Source: Bacteriovoracaceae bacterium
GTDB lineage: Bacteria; Bdellovibrionota; Bacteriovoracia; Bacteriovoracales; Bacteriovoracaceae
DNA length: 64,000 bases
Assembly: GCA_048270185.1 (NCBI GenBank)
Contig: JBLWTJ010000001.1
Location: forward strand, 768,001-832,000
Direction: 5' to 3'
The position numbers and the translations under genes are program-made. Within the stretch, counting starts at the first letter, position 1, and each line of letters starts with the position of its first letter. This document shows positions 1-7,888 of this stretch, in pieces. Under the pieces are notes generated by a model. It saw nothing but the letters and a program-made list of their open reading frames with translations. It did not search any database and was not told the DNA's origin.

Positions 1-938
1 CGCCCTTCATCGTTCTTTCTTGGATCATTCTTTCCGGGACCAATTTGTGGTGTGGCCACTGCAGCAAATCCACGTCCACCTAAGAGAGTCCCCGCGTGAC
101 ATGAATTACATTGACCAGTCTCAAAATAAACAACTGCTCCACGCTTGGCCTTTTGATTAAGAGCGAATCGATTTCCTCTTAAGTAGTCATCCCAAGCAGT
201 ATCATAGACTGCAAACTCATGAGTTTCAAAGTGAGCTATGGCCTGTCCAAAGTGACCAATATTAAGTTCATTCTTTTGAGTTCTTGGAAAAGCTTCTTTA
301 AATAGTTTTTGATACTTAGGCATTGCCATCAGTCTTTTCATGACAATTTCCCAAACTGCTTCTTCATTAACAGCATTGGCAATTTCGTTACTTCCCTTTA
401 CTCCTCTCATTTCTTCATGAGATGTAATTGGAAAAAGGGCCTGGGCCGCAAGAGCACTTCCTAGATTTTCAGTAATATCCCACCTTTCAGGGTAGTCACC
501 ATTTAAAGCTTCAACTGGCGTTGTGTAAACATCCCAATCCTTGCGGTAATGAACACGGCCATCCCAAAAGAGATGTTCCATATTCTTGTGACCTAGATTA
601 TAAAGAGGTTGAGAGTTACGAGGGATGACATGGCCCTTAGCAATCATTCTCTCCTTGCCTTCCCACTTTCCACCTTCACCAATTCCTACAGGAAGCCTGT
701 CTCCACTACCAAATTCTGGCATGTGACAGTCGGCACAAGTAATATTACGGTTTCCAGAAATTTCCTTTTCATTGAAAAGTTCTTTTCCAAGTCTAAAAAG
801 ACTTTCATTCTTACCAGTAGGCTTATTAACCGATTCCATCATAAAGCGCTGAGTGTATTTTTTTAATTTTTCATCGAGCTGATCAGCACGTACGATAAAC
901 GCACTGGCACATATTGTGAGGATAAGTAGATTCTTCAT
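1..938 (-). CDS. Di-haem cytochrome c peroxidase / MauG family protein (runs off the window's left edge)
   Basis: Not in the ORF track; read by hand from ATG at 938: MKNLLILTICASAFIVRA (signal peptide), CADCH, RNSQPLYN, LFWDGR, second haem motif CNSCH. No stop codon before position 1. Confidence 0.88.
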   Translation of the reverse strand, partial: MKNLLILTICASAFIVRADQLDEKLKKYTQRFMMESVNKPTGKNESLFRLGKELFNEKEISGNRNITCADCHMPEFGSGDRLPVGIGEGGKWEGKERMIAKGHVIPRNSQPLYNLGHKNMEHLFWDGRVHYRKDWDVYTTPVEALNGDYPERWDITENLGSALAAQALFPITSHEEMRGVKGSNEIANAVNEEAVWEIVMKRLMAMPKYQKLFKEAFPRTQKNELNIGHFGQAIAHFETHEFAVYDTAWDDYLRGNRFALNQKAKRGAVVYFETGQCNSCHAGTLLGGRGFAAVATPQIGPGKNDPRKNDEG

Positions 939-994
939 ATTGTGTGTGTTCCATAAATTGTGTTACGGAATACTAGGAAGAAAAGTTTGAGTCG

Positions 995-1735
995 TCAAAC
1001 TAAATTCTTATAAAGAACAAATATTGCCATCACAATGAGGAAATAACCAAAGGCCTTCTTTAACTTCTGCTGACTTATGTAAGCCACGAGTTTTGTACCA
1101 ATAATAATCCCCACACTTGCAAGAGCGATGAAAGTCGCTAAGAAGCCCCATGGAATAACTAATGTTCCGATATAGCCAGTAAATCCAGTAAGTGAGCTAA
1201 GTGATATAACAGCAAGTGAAGTTCCCACGGCCTGCTTCATTGGAAGTCTTGCGAGTATAACTAAGGCCGGAACAATGAGAAATCCTCCACCGACACCAAC
1301 AATACCTGAAATCATCCCAACCGCAAGTCCACTAAGTCCCAGGGCAATGATACTTGCGCTCTCCTCTTCATCGGCCTCTTCAGATTCCTTTCTTCCCTTG
1401 ATCATAATCACAGAAGAAGACAACATAATGATACCAAAGATAATGAGCTGAATATTAGCAGGGATAAAGGCTGCAACCTTGGCCCCTAAAAATGCACCAA
1501 GCATTGTGATCGGAGCAAAAACTCGAATCGTTTTAAAACTCACATTTCCATTTCTAAAGTGAGTAAAGACTCCAACTAAAGAAGTTGTTCCAACAATTGC
1601 TAAACTTAGAGCAATGGAAGTCTTAGGGTCCATCTTTAAGAGGTAAACTAAAACTGGAACTGTTAAGATAGAGCCTCCTCCACCGAGAAGGCCAAGACTT
1701 GCTCCAATTAGAATGGCAATAAGATAACCGATCAT
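995..1735 (-). CDS. Sulfite exporter TauE/SafE (TSUP) family membrane protein
   Basis: Duplicated GLLGGGGSILTVP / GIVGVGGGFLIVP motifs; about 8 hydrophobic segments. Confidence 0.9.
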   Translation of the reverse strand: MIGYLIAILIGASLGLLGGGGSILTVPVLVYLLKMDPKTSIALSLAIVGTTSLVGVFTHFRNGNVSFKTIRVFAPITMLGAFLGAKVAAFIPANIQLIIFGIIMLSSSVIMIKGRKESEEADEEESASIIALGLSGLAVGMISGIVGVGGGFLIVPALVILARLPMKQAVGTSLAVISLSSLTGFTGYIGTLVIPWGFLATFIALASVGIIIGTKLVAYISQQKLKKAFGYFLIVMAIFVLYKNLV

Positions 1736-2199
1736 AGTGATGCCTCAACTTTTTCATAAAGCGGAAAGACTTCTGGTGAAACTTTCTTAGAAAACTCCAA
1801 AACGCGCGCCTTAGGGTGACCACAAATATGATAGAGCATTAAAGTTAATACTGCTGTGACACGATTTCCTGAGCCACAGTAAACGAGAATATTTCCACCG
1901 GCTTCATCAATGATCTTTTTTAGTTTCATTAGATAATCGTGATCAACACTATCAAGCTGACAAGTTGGCATCGCATGATACTCGACACCTAGCTTTGAAA
2001 AAAGGGCCTCTTCATCAAAAGTATTCTCTGTTGGCTCTTTAAGATCAACTGCAACAGTGATTCCATTTTCATCGATAAAGTTTTGAGAAAGCTCTTCATT
2101 TATACGCGAGGCTATAAAGACATTATCAACCCTTGATAAGTGAGAGAACTCATCTGTTCCAAGTTTCTTATCAAAATTTGTTAAATCTAAACATTTCAT
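1732..2199 (-). CDS. DUF442/Blh-type sulfurtransferase domain protein (phosphatase-like fold)
   Basis: Active-site loop ILVYCGSGNR (C-X4-R), GVEYHAMP segment, location in a persulfide dioxygenase operon. Confidence 0.7.
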   Translation of the reverse strand: MKCLDLTNFDKKLGTDEFSHLSRVDNVFIASRINEELSQNFIDENGITVAVDLKEPTENTFDEEALFSKLGVEYHAMPTCQLDSVDHDYLMKLKKIIDEAGGNILVYCGSGNRVTAVLTLMLYHICGHPKARVLEFSKKVSPEVFPLYEKVEASL

Positions 2200-2201
2200 T
2201 A

Positions 2202-2618
2202 TTAGCTCCAGTGCTTACTAAGTGACTTAAAGATCACCATTCCCACAAGCATACTTCCAACAAAGACAAAGGCCTTTGGATCAAAAAGAGAAAGATTTAC
2301 AATCCCAGGACCAGGACAGATTCCAGCAATCCCCCAACCGATACCAAATAAACTTGATCCAATAATAAGCTTTTTATCGATCACACGATTTGTTGGAATA
2401 TCAAATTCTGTGTGACAAATTGGTTTTGGTCTCTTCTTAATAAATGCGAAAGACACAAGATTAAAGGCAACCGCCCCACCCATCACAAAAACAAGTGCAG
2501 GATCCCAGCTTCCAAAGATATCGAGAAAGCCAATTACTTTATCAGGATTCGTCATGCCGGAGATCACAAGACCAACAGCAAAGATAATTCCTACAACAAA
2601 ACCAACTAAACCCTTCAT
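2202..2618 (-). CDS. YeeE/YedE family sulfur-compound transporter subunit
   Basis: [30 protein letters not shown] and [11 protein letters not shown] motifs. Confidence 0.9.
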   Translation of the reverse strand: MKGLVGFVVGIIFAVGLVISGMTNPDKVIGFLDIFGSWDPALVFVMGGAVAFNLVSFAFIKKRPKPICHTEFDIPTNRVIDKKLIIGSSLFGIGWGIAGICPGPGIVNLSLFDPKAFVFVGSMLVGMVIFKSLSKHWS

Positions 2619-3025
2619 AGTAGACTCCTAATTAAAACAGTAATAACCCCAGCACCAATGAAGGTACAAGTTGCAATAATTGAACGAGGCGAAAGTCTTG
2701 GAATTCCGCAAACTCCATGGCCACTCGTACAACCACTACCAAGTAAAGTTCCAAACCCCACAAATAATCCAGCAAGAACTGCTTCAAGGTATGAGAATTT
2801 AAATTGGTAATTAAAATACTGAGGTGAATTCATTTGCATGAAAAAACCACCAGCGATTAATCCAATTATGAATGTATAACGCCAACTGTGTTCTGTGCTA
2901 AAAGCTCCTAAAACATTCTTTACGATGCCGCTAATTCCTGCAATCTTACCATTAAAAAGTAACATCAACGTTGCGGCCAAACCGATTGTCACACCACCTA
3001 AAAGTGGTAGTAGATATTGTTCCAT
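2615..3025 (-). CDS. YeeE/YedE family sulfur-compound transporter subunit
   Basis: GKIAGISGI and [12 protein letters not shown]...RLSPRS motifs. Confidence 0.9.
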   Translation of the reverse strand: MEQYLLPLLGGVTIGLAATLMLLFNGKIAGISGIVKNVLGAFSTEHSWRYTFIIGLIAGGFFMQMNSPQYFNYQFKFSYLEAVLAGLFVGFGTLLGSGCTSGHGVCGIPRLSPRSIIATCTFIGAGVITVLIRSLL

Positions 3026-3028
3026 TAA

Positions 3029-3901
3029 TTACTCCTTAATCCTTAAAGGTATTTTTAAATAAGAGACATTATTATCTTCGGCCTTTGGTAAAATACCGGC
3101 GTCAATATTCACCTGAATACTTGGCAGAAGAAGTTTCGGTGCAGCTAAAGTCGCATCTCGATCATTTCTAAACTTGATAAATTCTTCTCTTGAAGTATTG
3201 GCCTTAAGTTGAATATTTTGTGCCTTACTTTCTGCGACTGTTGTTTGAAACTTAAGCTCACGTCCATTTGGTTGATAGTCGTGGCCTACAAAAATCTTAG
3301 TGTCATCAGATAGTTTATAAATTTTTTCTACAACTGAGTCATAAAGATCACTTGAGCTTCCCTTTGGAAAGTCACAGCGACCTGTTCCTGAATCAGGCAT
3401 GAAAAGTAAGTCCCCTGTAAACACATTGTCACCAATTAGAAATGAAGTACAGGCCGGAGTGTGTCCCGGAGTATGGATAACTTTCACCTCAAGACTTCCC
3501 GCTTTAATGACTTGATTGTCTTCTAAGAGCTCATCAAATTGAATACCATTAGTGTTTAATTCTTTTAAGTTAAAGACTTCACTGAACACACTTTGAACTT
3601 CAGTGATCTTTGAGTTGATGGCAATCTTTGCTCCAGCTAGCTCATCTTTTAAAATTTGAGCACCTGTTAAGTGGTCTGCGTGAGCATGAGTTTCAAGAAT
3701 ATATGAAACCTTAAGCTCCTTACCTTTTACAAACTCTAAAACCTTCTTGGCCGAAGTATTTGTGATGGCACCACTAGCAGCATCAAAGTCTAGTACTGAG
3801 TCGATGATCACAGCGTCTTTAGTCTTATCATCATAAACAATATATGTTAGCGTATTAGTGACTTCGTCATAGAAGCTTTCAATATTTACGTTATTATTCA
3901 T
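3029..3901 (-). CDS. Persulfide dioxygenase (MBL-fold, ETHE1/Blh-like)
   Basis: ETHAHADH, TPGHT, FTGD, GTGRCDFP, VGHDY, PSIQVN motifs; GGAGG RBS upstream. Confidence 0.9.
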   Translation of the reverse strand: MNNNVNIESFYDEVTNTLTYIVYDDKTKDAVIIDSVLDFDAASGAITNTSAKKVLEFVKGKELKVSYILETHAHADHLTGAQILKDELAGAKIAINSKITEVQSVFSEVFNLKELNTNGIQFDELLEDNQVIKAGSLEVKVIHTPGHTPACTSFLIGDNVFTGDLLFMPDSGTGRCDFPKGSSSDLYDSVVEKIYKLSDDTKIFVGHDYQPNGRELKFQTTVAESKAQNIQLKANTSREEFIKFRNDRDATLAAPKLLLPSIQVNIDAGILPKAEDNNVSYLKIPLRIKE

Positions 3902-3928
3902 AATAAACCTCCAGTTATTTATGAATTA

Positions 3929-3971
3929 AGTATAAACAATGAAAGGCCTCTAAACTTTGATGGGGCCCATA
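3929..3971 (-). promoter_or_regulatory. Putative class II Crp/Fnr-activated promoter of the persulfide operon
   Basis: Minus strand: TATGG-N6-TCAAA (3971-3956, Crp/Fnr-like box) centred at -41.5 if the TATACT hexamer (3934-3929) is the -10 element. Confidence 0.55.
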
Positions 3972-3999
3972 CTTTTACTAAAAATTTAACAGGTAGAAA

Positions 4000-4614
4000 T
4001 TGATGTTTTATCAACAACTTAGGCCATATCTTTCGAACACTAGCGTCAAAAAGCTTAAATTAAAGCGTGGTCAAATTATCTACCATCAAGGCGATGACCC
4101 CAAGGAATTATTCCTCGTGGATAGTGGTGTTATTGGCCTCTTTCATATTTCAGAAAACGGAAAGGAAACCTTTCTGCGTGTCTTTAATAAAGACTGTATT
4201 TTTGGCCATCGTTCATTTTTTGCCGAAAGTCCATATCACGCAACTTCCATTGCCCTGACAGAATGCGAGATCAGCGTCATTTCAAAAGATGCCTGTGATG
4301 AAATCTGTGCAAAGGAGCCAGGCCTTTTAAAGATGCTCACAAAATCAATTGCCAAGAACCTTGCAGATGCCGAGCTAAGACTTGCCGGCCTGCTTGATAA
4401 GTCGGCCAATCAGAGGATTGTAGAGTCTCTTATTTTCTTCAAACTAAAGTATCCAGAAAAAGTTTGGACGCGAAAAGAGATCGCCGACTTTTGCGGCAGT
4501 ACTTACGAGACTGTCACAAGAGTTATGACTGAGCTAAATGAAAACGGCCTCATTAGAAAACAAGGCCGTGACTTTGATATTTTAAATATTGAAGCTTTAC
4601 TAAAGTACTATTAA
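4000..4614 (+). CDS. Crp/Fnr family transcriptional regulator
   Basis: cNMP-binding-like domain (IYHQGD...IFGHRSFF) and C-terminal HTH (TRKEIADFCGSTYETVTR). Start is TTG 4000 or ATG 4003. Confidence 0.9.
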   Translation: MMFYQQLRPYLSNTSVKKLKLKRGQIIYHQGDDPKELFLVDSGVIGLFHISENGKETFLRVFNKDCIFGHRSFFAESPYHATSIALTECEISVISKDACDEICAKEPGLLKMLTKSIAKNLADAELRLAGLLDKSANQRIVESLIFFKLKYPEKVWTRKEIADFCGSTYETVTRVMTELNENGLIRKQGRDFDILNIEALLKYY

Positions 4615-5771
4615 ATTGCTTCTTGTGGCCCAAAAAATTCAATATTAATTGAAGATTCTGCAACACCTAATTCTATTAGGTGTTTTTTCATGGCTTGCAT
4701 GAATGCTTTAGGCCCACAAATGTAGATTTCACTGTTATCTTTTAATAAATCAGAAAGAAACGATTTCTCGATACGTCCTCTGTACTCATTGGCCAAGAGG
4801 ATCTCATCACTATTTTCATAGAAATAATTAATTTCAATATTTTCATTATTCTCTGATAAATTATTAAGTTCATTTTTAAATGCCACTTCATTCTTAGATT
4901 TTGTAGCATAAACAAATTTAGCATTCGTTTCTGGATTGATGGCATTTAGCATACTTAATAATGGAGTGATTCCAATACCACCGGCCAAGAAAAGACAATT
5001 TTGAGACATGCCTTTATAAGTGAATACACCTGATGGTGCAGCAAGTTCAACTTCATCTCCAACGCTAATTTGGTCATGAAGAAAATTCGATACATGGCCA
5101 TTTGGTTTACCTAATGCGCGTTTAACGCTAATACGTAAGAAATTTGAATCGCCAAAATTTGAAAGGCTATAATTACGCATTGTCGTACTATTCTCAAGAG
5201 GGACTCTCACAGTTGTAAATTGACCTGCATTAAATTTTGGAATTATCGATCCATCTATAGGAACTAAATGAAAGGACTTAATCAATTCATTCTCGTCAAC
5301 GATATTAGTAACTTTAAATTTTTTAAATCCTTTATATGCTTGTTCTTCATAGATTTTCTTTTCTGCATCAATAAAGATATCAGCAAGGAAAAAATATGCA
5401 TCTTTCCAAGCATTAATAATTTCATCAGTAGCCGTATCACCAAGAACATCTTTAATAGCACCAAGTAAATTTACGCCTACTATAGGGTAATGCTCTGGCA
5501 TTACCTTTAAAGAAGCATGCTTATGTGTAATTAATTCAACGGCCTCACCAAGCGCACCGAGGTTATCAATATTCATAGCATAGGCGCAAATCGCTCCAGC
5601 AAGGGCCTCTTGTTGTGAACCTTTAGCCTGATTTGCAAGATTGAAGTATGGAAGAACTTCCGGATTATTTTCGAACATTTTCTTATAGAAATGCTTAGTT
5701 AAAACTACTCCATTCTCCTGTAAGACAGGTGCAGTGGACTTAATGATATTAATCGTATCTTGAGACAACAT
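4611..5771 (-). CDS. hmp: Flavohaemoglobin (NO dioxygenase)
   Basis: Globin domain (MLSQDTINIIKST, HFYKKMF, KHASL, PEHYPIVG) plus FAD/NAD reductase (RNYSLS, AGGIGITP, YICGP, EFFGP). ATG at 5771 follows AAGGAG. Confidence 0.95.
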   Translation of the reverse strand: MLSQDTINIIKSTAPVLQENGVVLTKHFYKKMFENNPEVLPYFNLANQAKGSQQEALAGAICAYAMNIDNLGALGEAVELITHKHASLKVMPEHYPIVGVNLLGAIKDVLGDTATDEIINAWKDAYFFLADIFIDAEKKIYEEQAYKGFKKFKVTNIVDENELIKSFHLVPIDGSIIPKFNAGQFTTVRVPLENSTTMRNYSLSNFGDSNFLRISVKRALGKPNGHVSNFLHDQISVGDEVELAAPSGVFTYKGMSQNCLFLAGGIGITPLLSMLNAINPETNAKFVYATKSKNEVAFKNELNNLSENNENIEINYFYENSDEILLANEYRGRIEKSFLSDLLKDNSEIYICGPKAFMQAMKKHLIELGVAESSINIEFFGPQEAI

Positions 5772-5789
5772 AGAGAACTCCTTAGTCAA

Positions 5790-5812
5790 AACATGTATTT
5801 AAAATACATATT
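5790..5812. promoter_or_regulatory. NsrR operator (11-1-11 inverted repeat)
   Basis: AACATGTATTT-A-AAATACATATT, close to the known NsrR consensus, between divergent hmp and nsrR. A weaker copy lies at 5843-5865. Confidence 0.85.
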
Positions 5813-5913
5813 TAAGTTTCTTTCAAATATTCGTCAACCTTAAATATGTATTTTATATATGTATTTATAGTTTTTTAAACAAATCCAGCCAGATATATGA
5901 TATTAATAATTTC

Positions 5914-6351
5914 ATGAAACTAACTTCATATACAGACTACTCCATTCGCGTTCTTATGTTTCTGGCCCTAAAGCAATCTGGTAATACTGATTTAATCACG
6001 TCGAATGATATTTCTGAAGTTTATGGTATTTCACGAAATCATCTATCTAAAATAATTCATCAACTTTCAAAACTTGGTTATATCGAAAGCTTCAAGGGAG
6101 CATCTGGTGGTATTCGGCTTATTGAAAAACCAAAGAATATCAATTTAGGAAAATTAATAAGAGAGATGGAGAATGATTTTCACATCGTTGAATGCTTTAA
6201 TAAGGACGCTAAAACGGCCTGCCGAATATCACCAAGCTGTAAACTTAAATCAATAATCAATGAATCACTCAATCAATTCCTAAACAATCTTTCACGCTAC
6301 AGTTTAGCAGACATAATTGAAAATCGAATAGAGCTGTTAAACGATTTATAA
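5914..6351 (+). CDS. nsrR: Rrf2 family NO-sensing repressor NsrR
   Basis: MKLTSYTDYSIRVLMFLA, ISRNHLSK, GASGG, three Fe-S Cys (VECF...TACRISPSC); divergent from hmp. Confidence 0.9.
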   Translation: MKLTSYTDYSIRVLMFLALKQSGNTDLITSNDISEVYGISRNHLSKIIHQLSKLGYIESFKGASGGIRLIEKPKNINLGKLIREMENDFHIVECFNKDAKTACRISPSCKLKSIINESLNQFLNNLSRYSLADIIENRIELLNDL

Positions 6352-6354
6352 AAG

Positions 6355-6573
6355 GTACGCGACACCTTTATACAATTCTAACTACTTAAAGTTTTAAAAT
6401 TGCACCACGAATCTAAAGAGTTGCCTTATTATTAGGCTTGGTTAAGATATTAAGTCGAAATAATTAGTGAAACTAATAAATTCAAAAAAGTTGAAACCTT
6501 TCGGATAAAATTATCATTTAAATAAGAAAATTAGCCAGCTAAAAGGCTGAAATTGCATAAAGGTGTCGCGTAC
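6355..6573. repeat. Inverted pair of REP-like repeats (REPIN/MITE-like)
   Basis: GTACGCGACACCTTTAT(A/G)CAATT at 6355-6377 and inverted at 6551-6573 (22/23 identical). Left copy forms the hairpin AAAGGT-ACGCGAC-ACCTTT. AT-rich non-coding spacer. Confidence 0.75.
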
Positions 6574-6590
6574 TTTATTGAAGATCACTA

Positions 6591-6729
6591 AGTTCACTTC
6601 GTGAACTGTCGCTGGTTGGGTTTAAGTTTATTAAGGGGATTTACTGGATTGCTTAGTTTCTTCACCTGACCTCCCATACTGGTCGGTCGGCGTTGTTCAG
6701 CGTCATTTTGCCATCGTGGCAAATGCCGC
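6591..6729. repeat. Cluster of GC-rich intergenic hairpins
   Basis: AGTTCAC-TTC-GTGAACT (6591-6607); CTGAC-CTCCCATACTGGTCG-GTCGG (6666-6690); GCGTCATTTTGCCA-TCG-TGGCAAATGCCGC (6700-6729). Confidence 0.5.
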
Positions 6730-6733
6730 TTCC

Positions 6734-6763
6734 AAAAAAAAAGCCGGTTCAGTGAACCGGCTT
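6734..6763 (-). terminator. Rho-independent terminator
   Basis: Minus strand AAGCCGGTTC-ACT-GAACCGGCTT running into a T9 tract. Confidence 0.85.
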
Positions 6764-6825
6764 CTTAAAGAGAGACATTTTTGACGGAGTGAAAAAATCC
6801 TTTCTTCTGCTCCAACACACACACG
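6734..6825 (-). ncRNA. Candidate sigma-54-dependent small RNA (~90 nt)
   Basis: Lies between a consensus -24/-12 promoter and a strong terminator, with no RBS-led ORF; GU-rich 5' end. Confidence 0.5.
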
Positions 6826-6835
6826 TTTATATATA

Positions 6836-6852
6836 AGCAAGGCCCGTGCCAA
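6836..6852 (-). promoter_or_regulatory. Sigma-54 (RpoN) promoter
   Basis: TTGGCACGGGCCTTGCT matches TGGCAC-N5-TTGCW exactly. Upstream palindrome TGTCA-N10-TGACA at 6915-6934 is a candidate enhancer site. Confidence 0.75.
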
Positions 6853-6949
6853 CTTTTGCACAGGTATGACGCATAGAAAAGGTACTGAAAATATATAATA
6901 ATGATAAATGTCGATGTCATATTAATGACTGACACATGAAGCCAATGTG

Positions 6950-7189
6950 TTACTTAATTGACTTTAGAAAGCGAGACAATTTCATCATGCCAATATCACA
7001 GGCTTCAGTTTCATCTTCGGCTCCAAACACTTGATCAACATGCTTAAAAATTTTCTTTGTTTCTTTATAAACAATTGAGACTTCTGCATTGAAACCTTTG
7101 TTAGTTCGGTTAACTTCTATCTGGCCAATGAGATTGTCATTATTTTGTAAAGTCACATAAAAATCTTTCGGATAATCATTTTGTTTCAT
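6950..7189 (-). CDS. Hypothetical protein
   Basis: 79-aa ORF with plausible composition; no recognised motif. Confidence 0.65.
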   Translation of the reverse strand: MKQNDYPKDFYVTLQNNDNLIGQIEVNRTNKGFNAEVSIVYKETKKIFKHVDQVFGAEDETEACDIGMMKLSRFLKSIK

Positions 7190-7223
7190 ATACTTGATTT
7201 ATCTAAATCAAAGGAGAAAGACA

Positions 7224-7766
7224 ATGAAATTTATTATCGCTGGTCTACTCTTCTCTAGTATGACTTTTGCTCAATGTTATGAAGTAAATAATGCCAATAC
7301 TAAAGTGAAGTGGACGGCCTTTAAGACAGCTAAGAAAGTTGGTGTTAAAGGAGAATTTAAAAAGTTTGATATCAAAACGACGAAGAAGCAAGGGACTATT
7401 GAAGAACTAGTTCGCGGTGCTCGTTTTACTATCGACGTGAACTCAGTTCATACAAAAGATACTTCACGTGATGCGAAGATCGAAAAATTCTTCTTCCAAG
7501 ATATGAAAGTATCTGGAGTTGTCTCTAAAGTTGATAAGAACTATCTCTATGTTGATATGACTCTTGCAGGTAAGACTGTAAAGGTTCCTATGAAGTATGA
7601 TATTGAAGATGGTGAACTAGAAGCTGAAGCTACAATTGATGTACTCGACTTCGCTCTAAGTAAAAATCTTTCGGCCATCAACAAGGCCTGTCTTGCTCTT
7701 CACGAAGGTAAGACTTGGAATGTTGTTGACGTCGAAATCGAATCTAAGTTCTCAAAGTGTAAATAA
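7224..7766 (+). CDS. YceI family periplasmic protein
   Basis: Signal peptide; VKWTAFKT...GVKGEF and SVHTKDTSRDAKI motifs; ATG 7224 follows AAGGAG. Confidence 0.85.
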   Translation: MKFIIAGLLFSSMTFAQCYEVNNANTKVKWTAFKTAKKVGVKGEFKKFDIKTTKKQGTIEELVRGARFTIDVNSVHTKDTSRDAKIEKFFFQDMKVSGVVSKVDKNYLYVDMTLAGKTVKVPMKYDIEDGELEAEATIDVLDFALSKNLSAINKACLALHEGKTWNVVDVEIESKFSKCK

Positions 7767-7779
7767 TTCACACACTAAC

Positions 7780-7813
7780 GGCCAAGATTGCTGAACATTC
7801 AGTAATTTTGGCC
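7780..7813. terminator. Stem-loop after the YceI gene
   Basis: GGCCAAGATTGCTGAA-CA-TTCAGTAATTTTGGCC long hairpin; U-tract weak. Confidence 0.45.
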
Positions 7814-7888
7814 AGTGTTCTTTGAATATTTTTTTATTTATGTCCATAATCAGGCTTCGCTTCACTGAAGTAAGCGTTAAACACTGGC

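Noticed and set aside
609..866. 85-aa plus-strand ORF, and the many other short track ORFs antisense or out-of-frame within long genes
   Set aside because: They overlap well-supported genes (here the minus-strand peroxidase) and have no motifs; treated as shadow ORFs.
6765..6824. 19-codon GTG ORF (MCVLEQKKGFFHSVKNVSL) inside the candidate sRNA
   Set aside because: No RBS and it would be essentially leaderless; cannot be supported without ribosome profiling.
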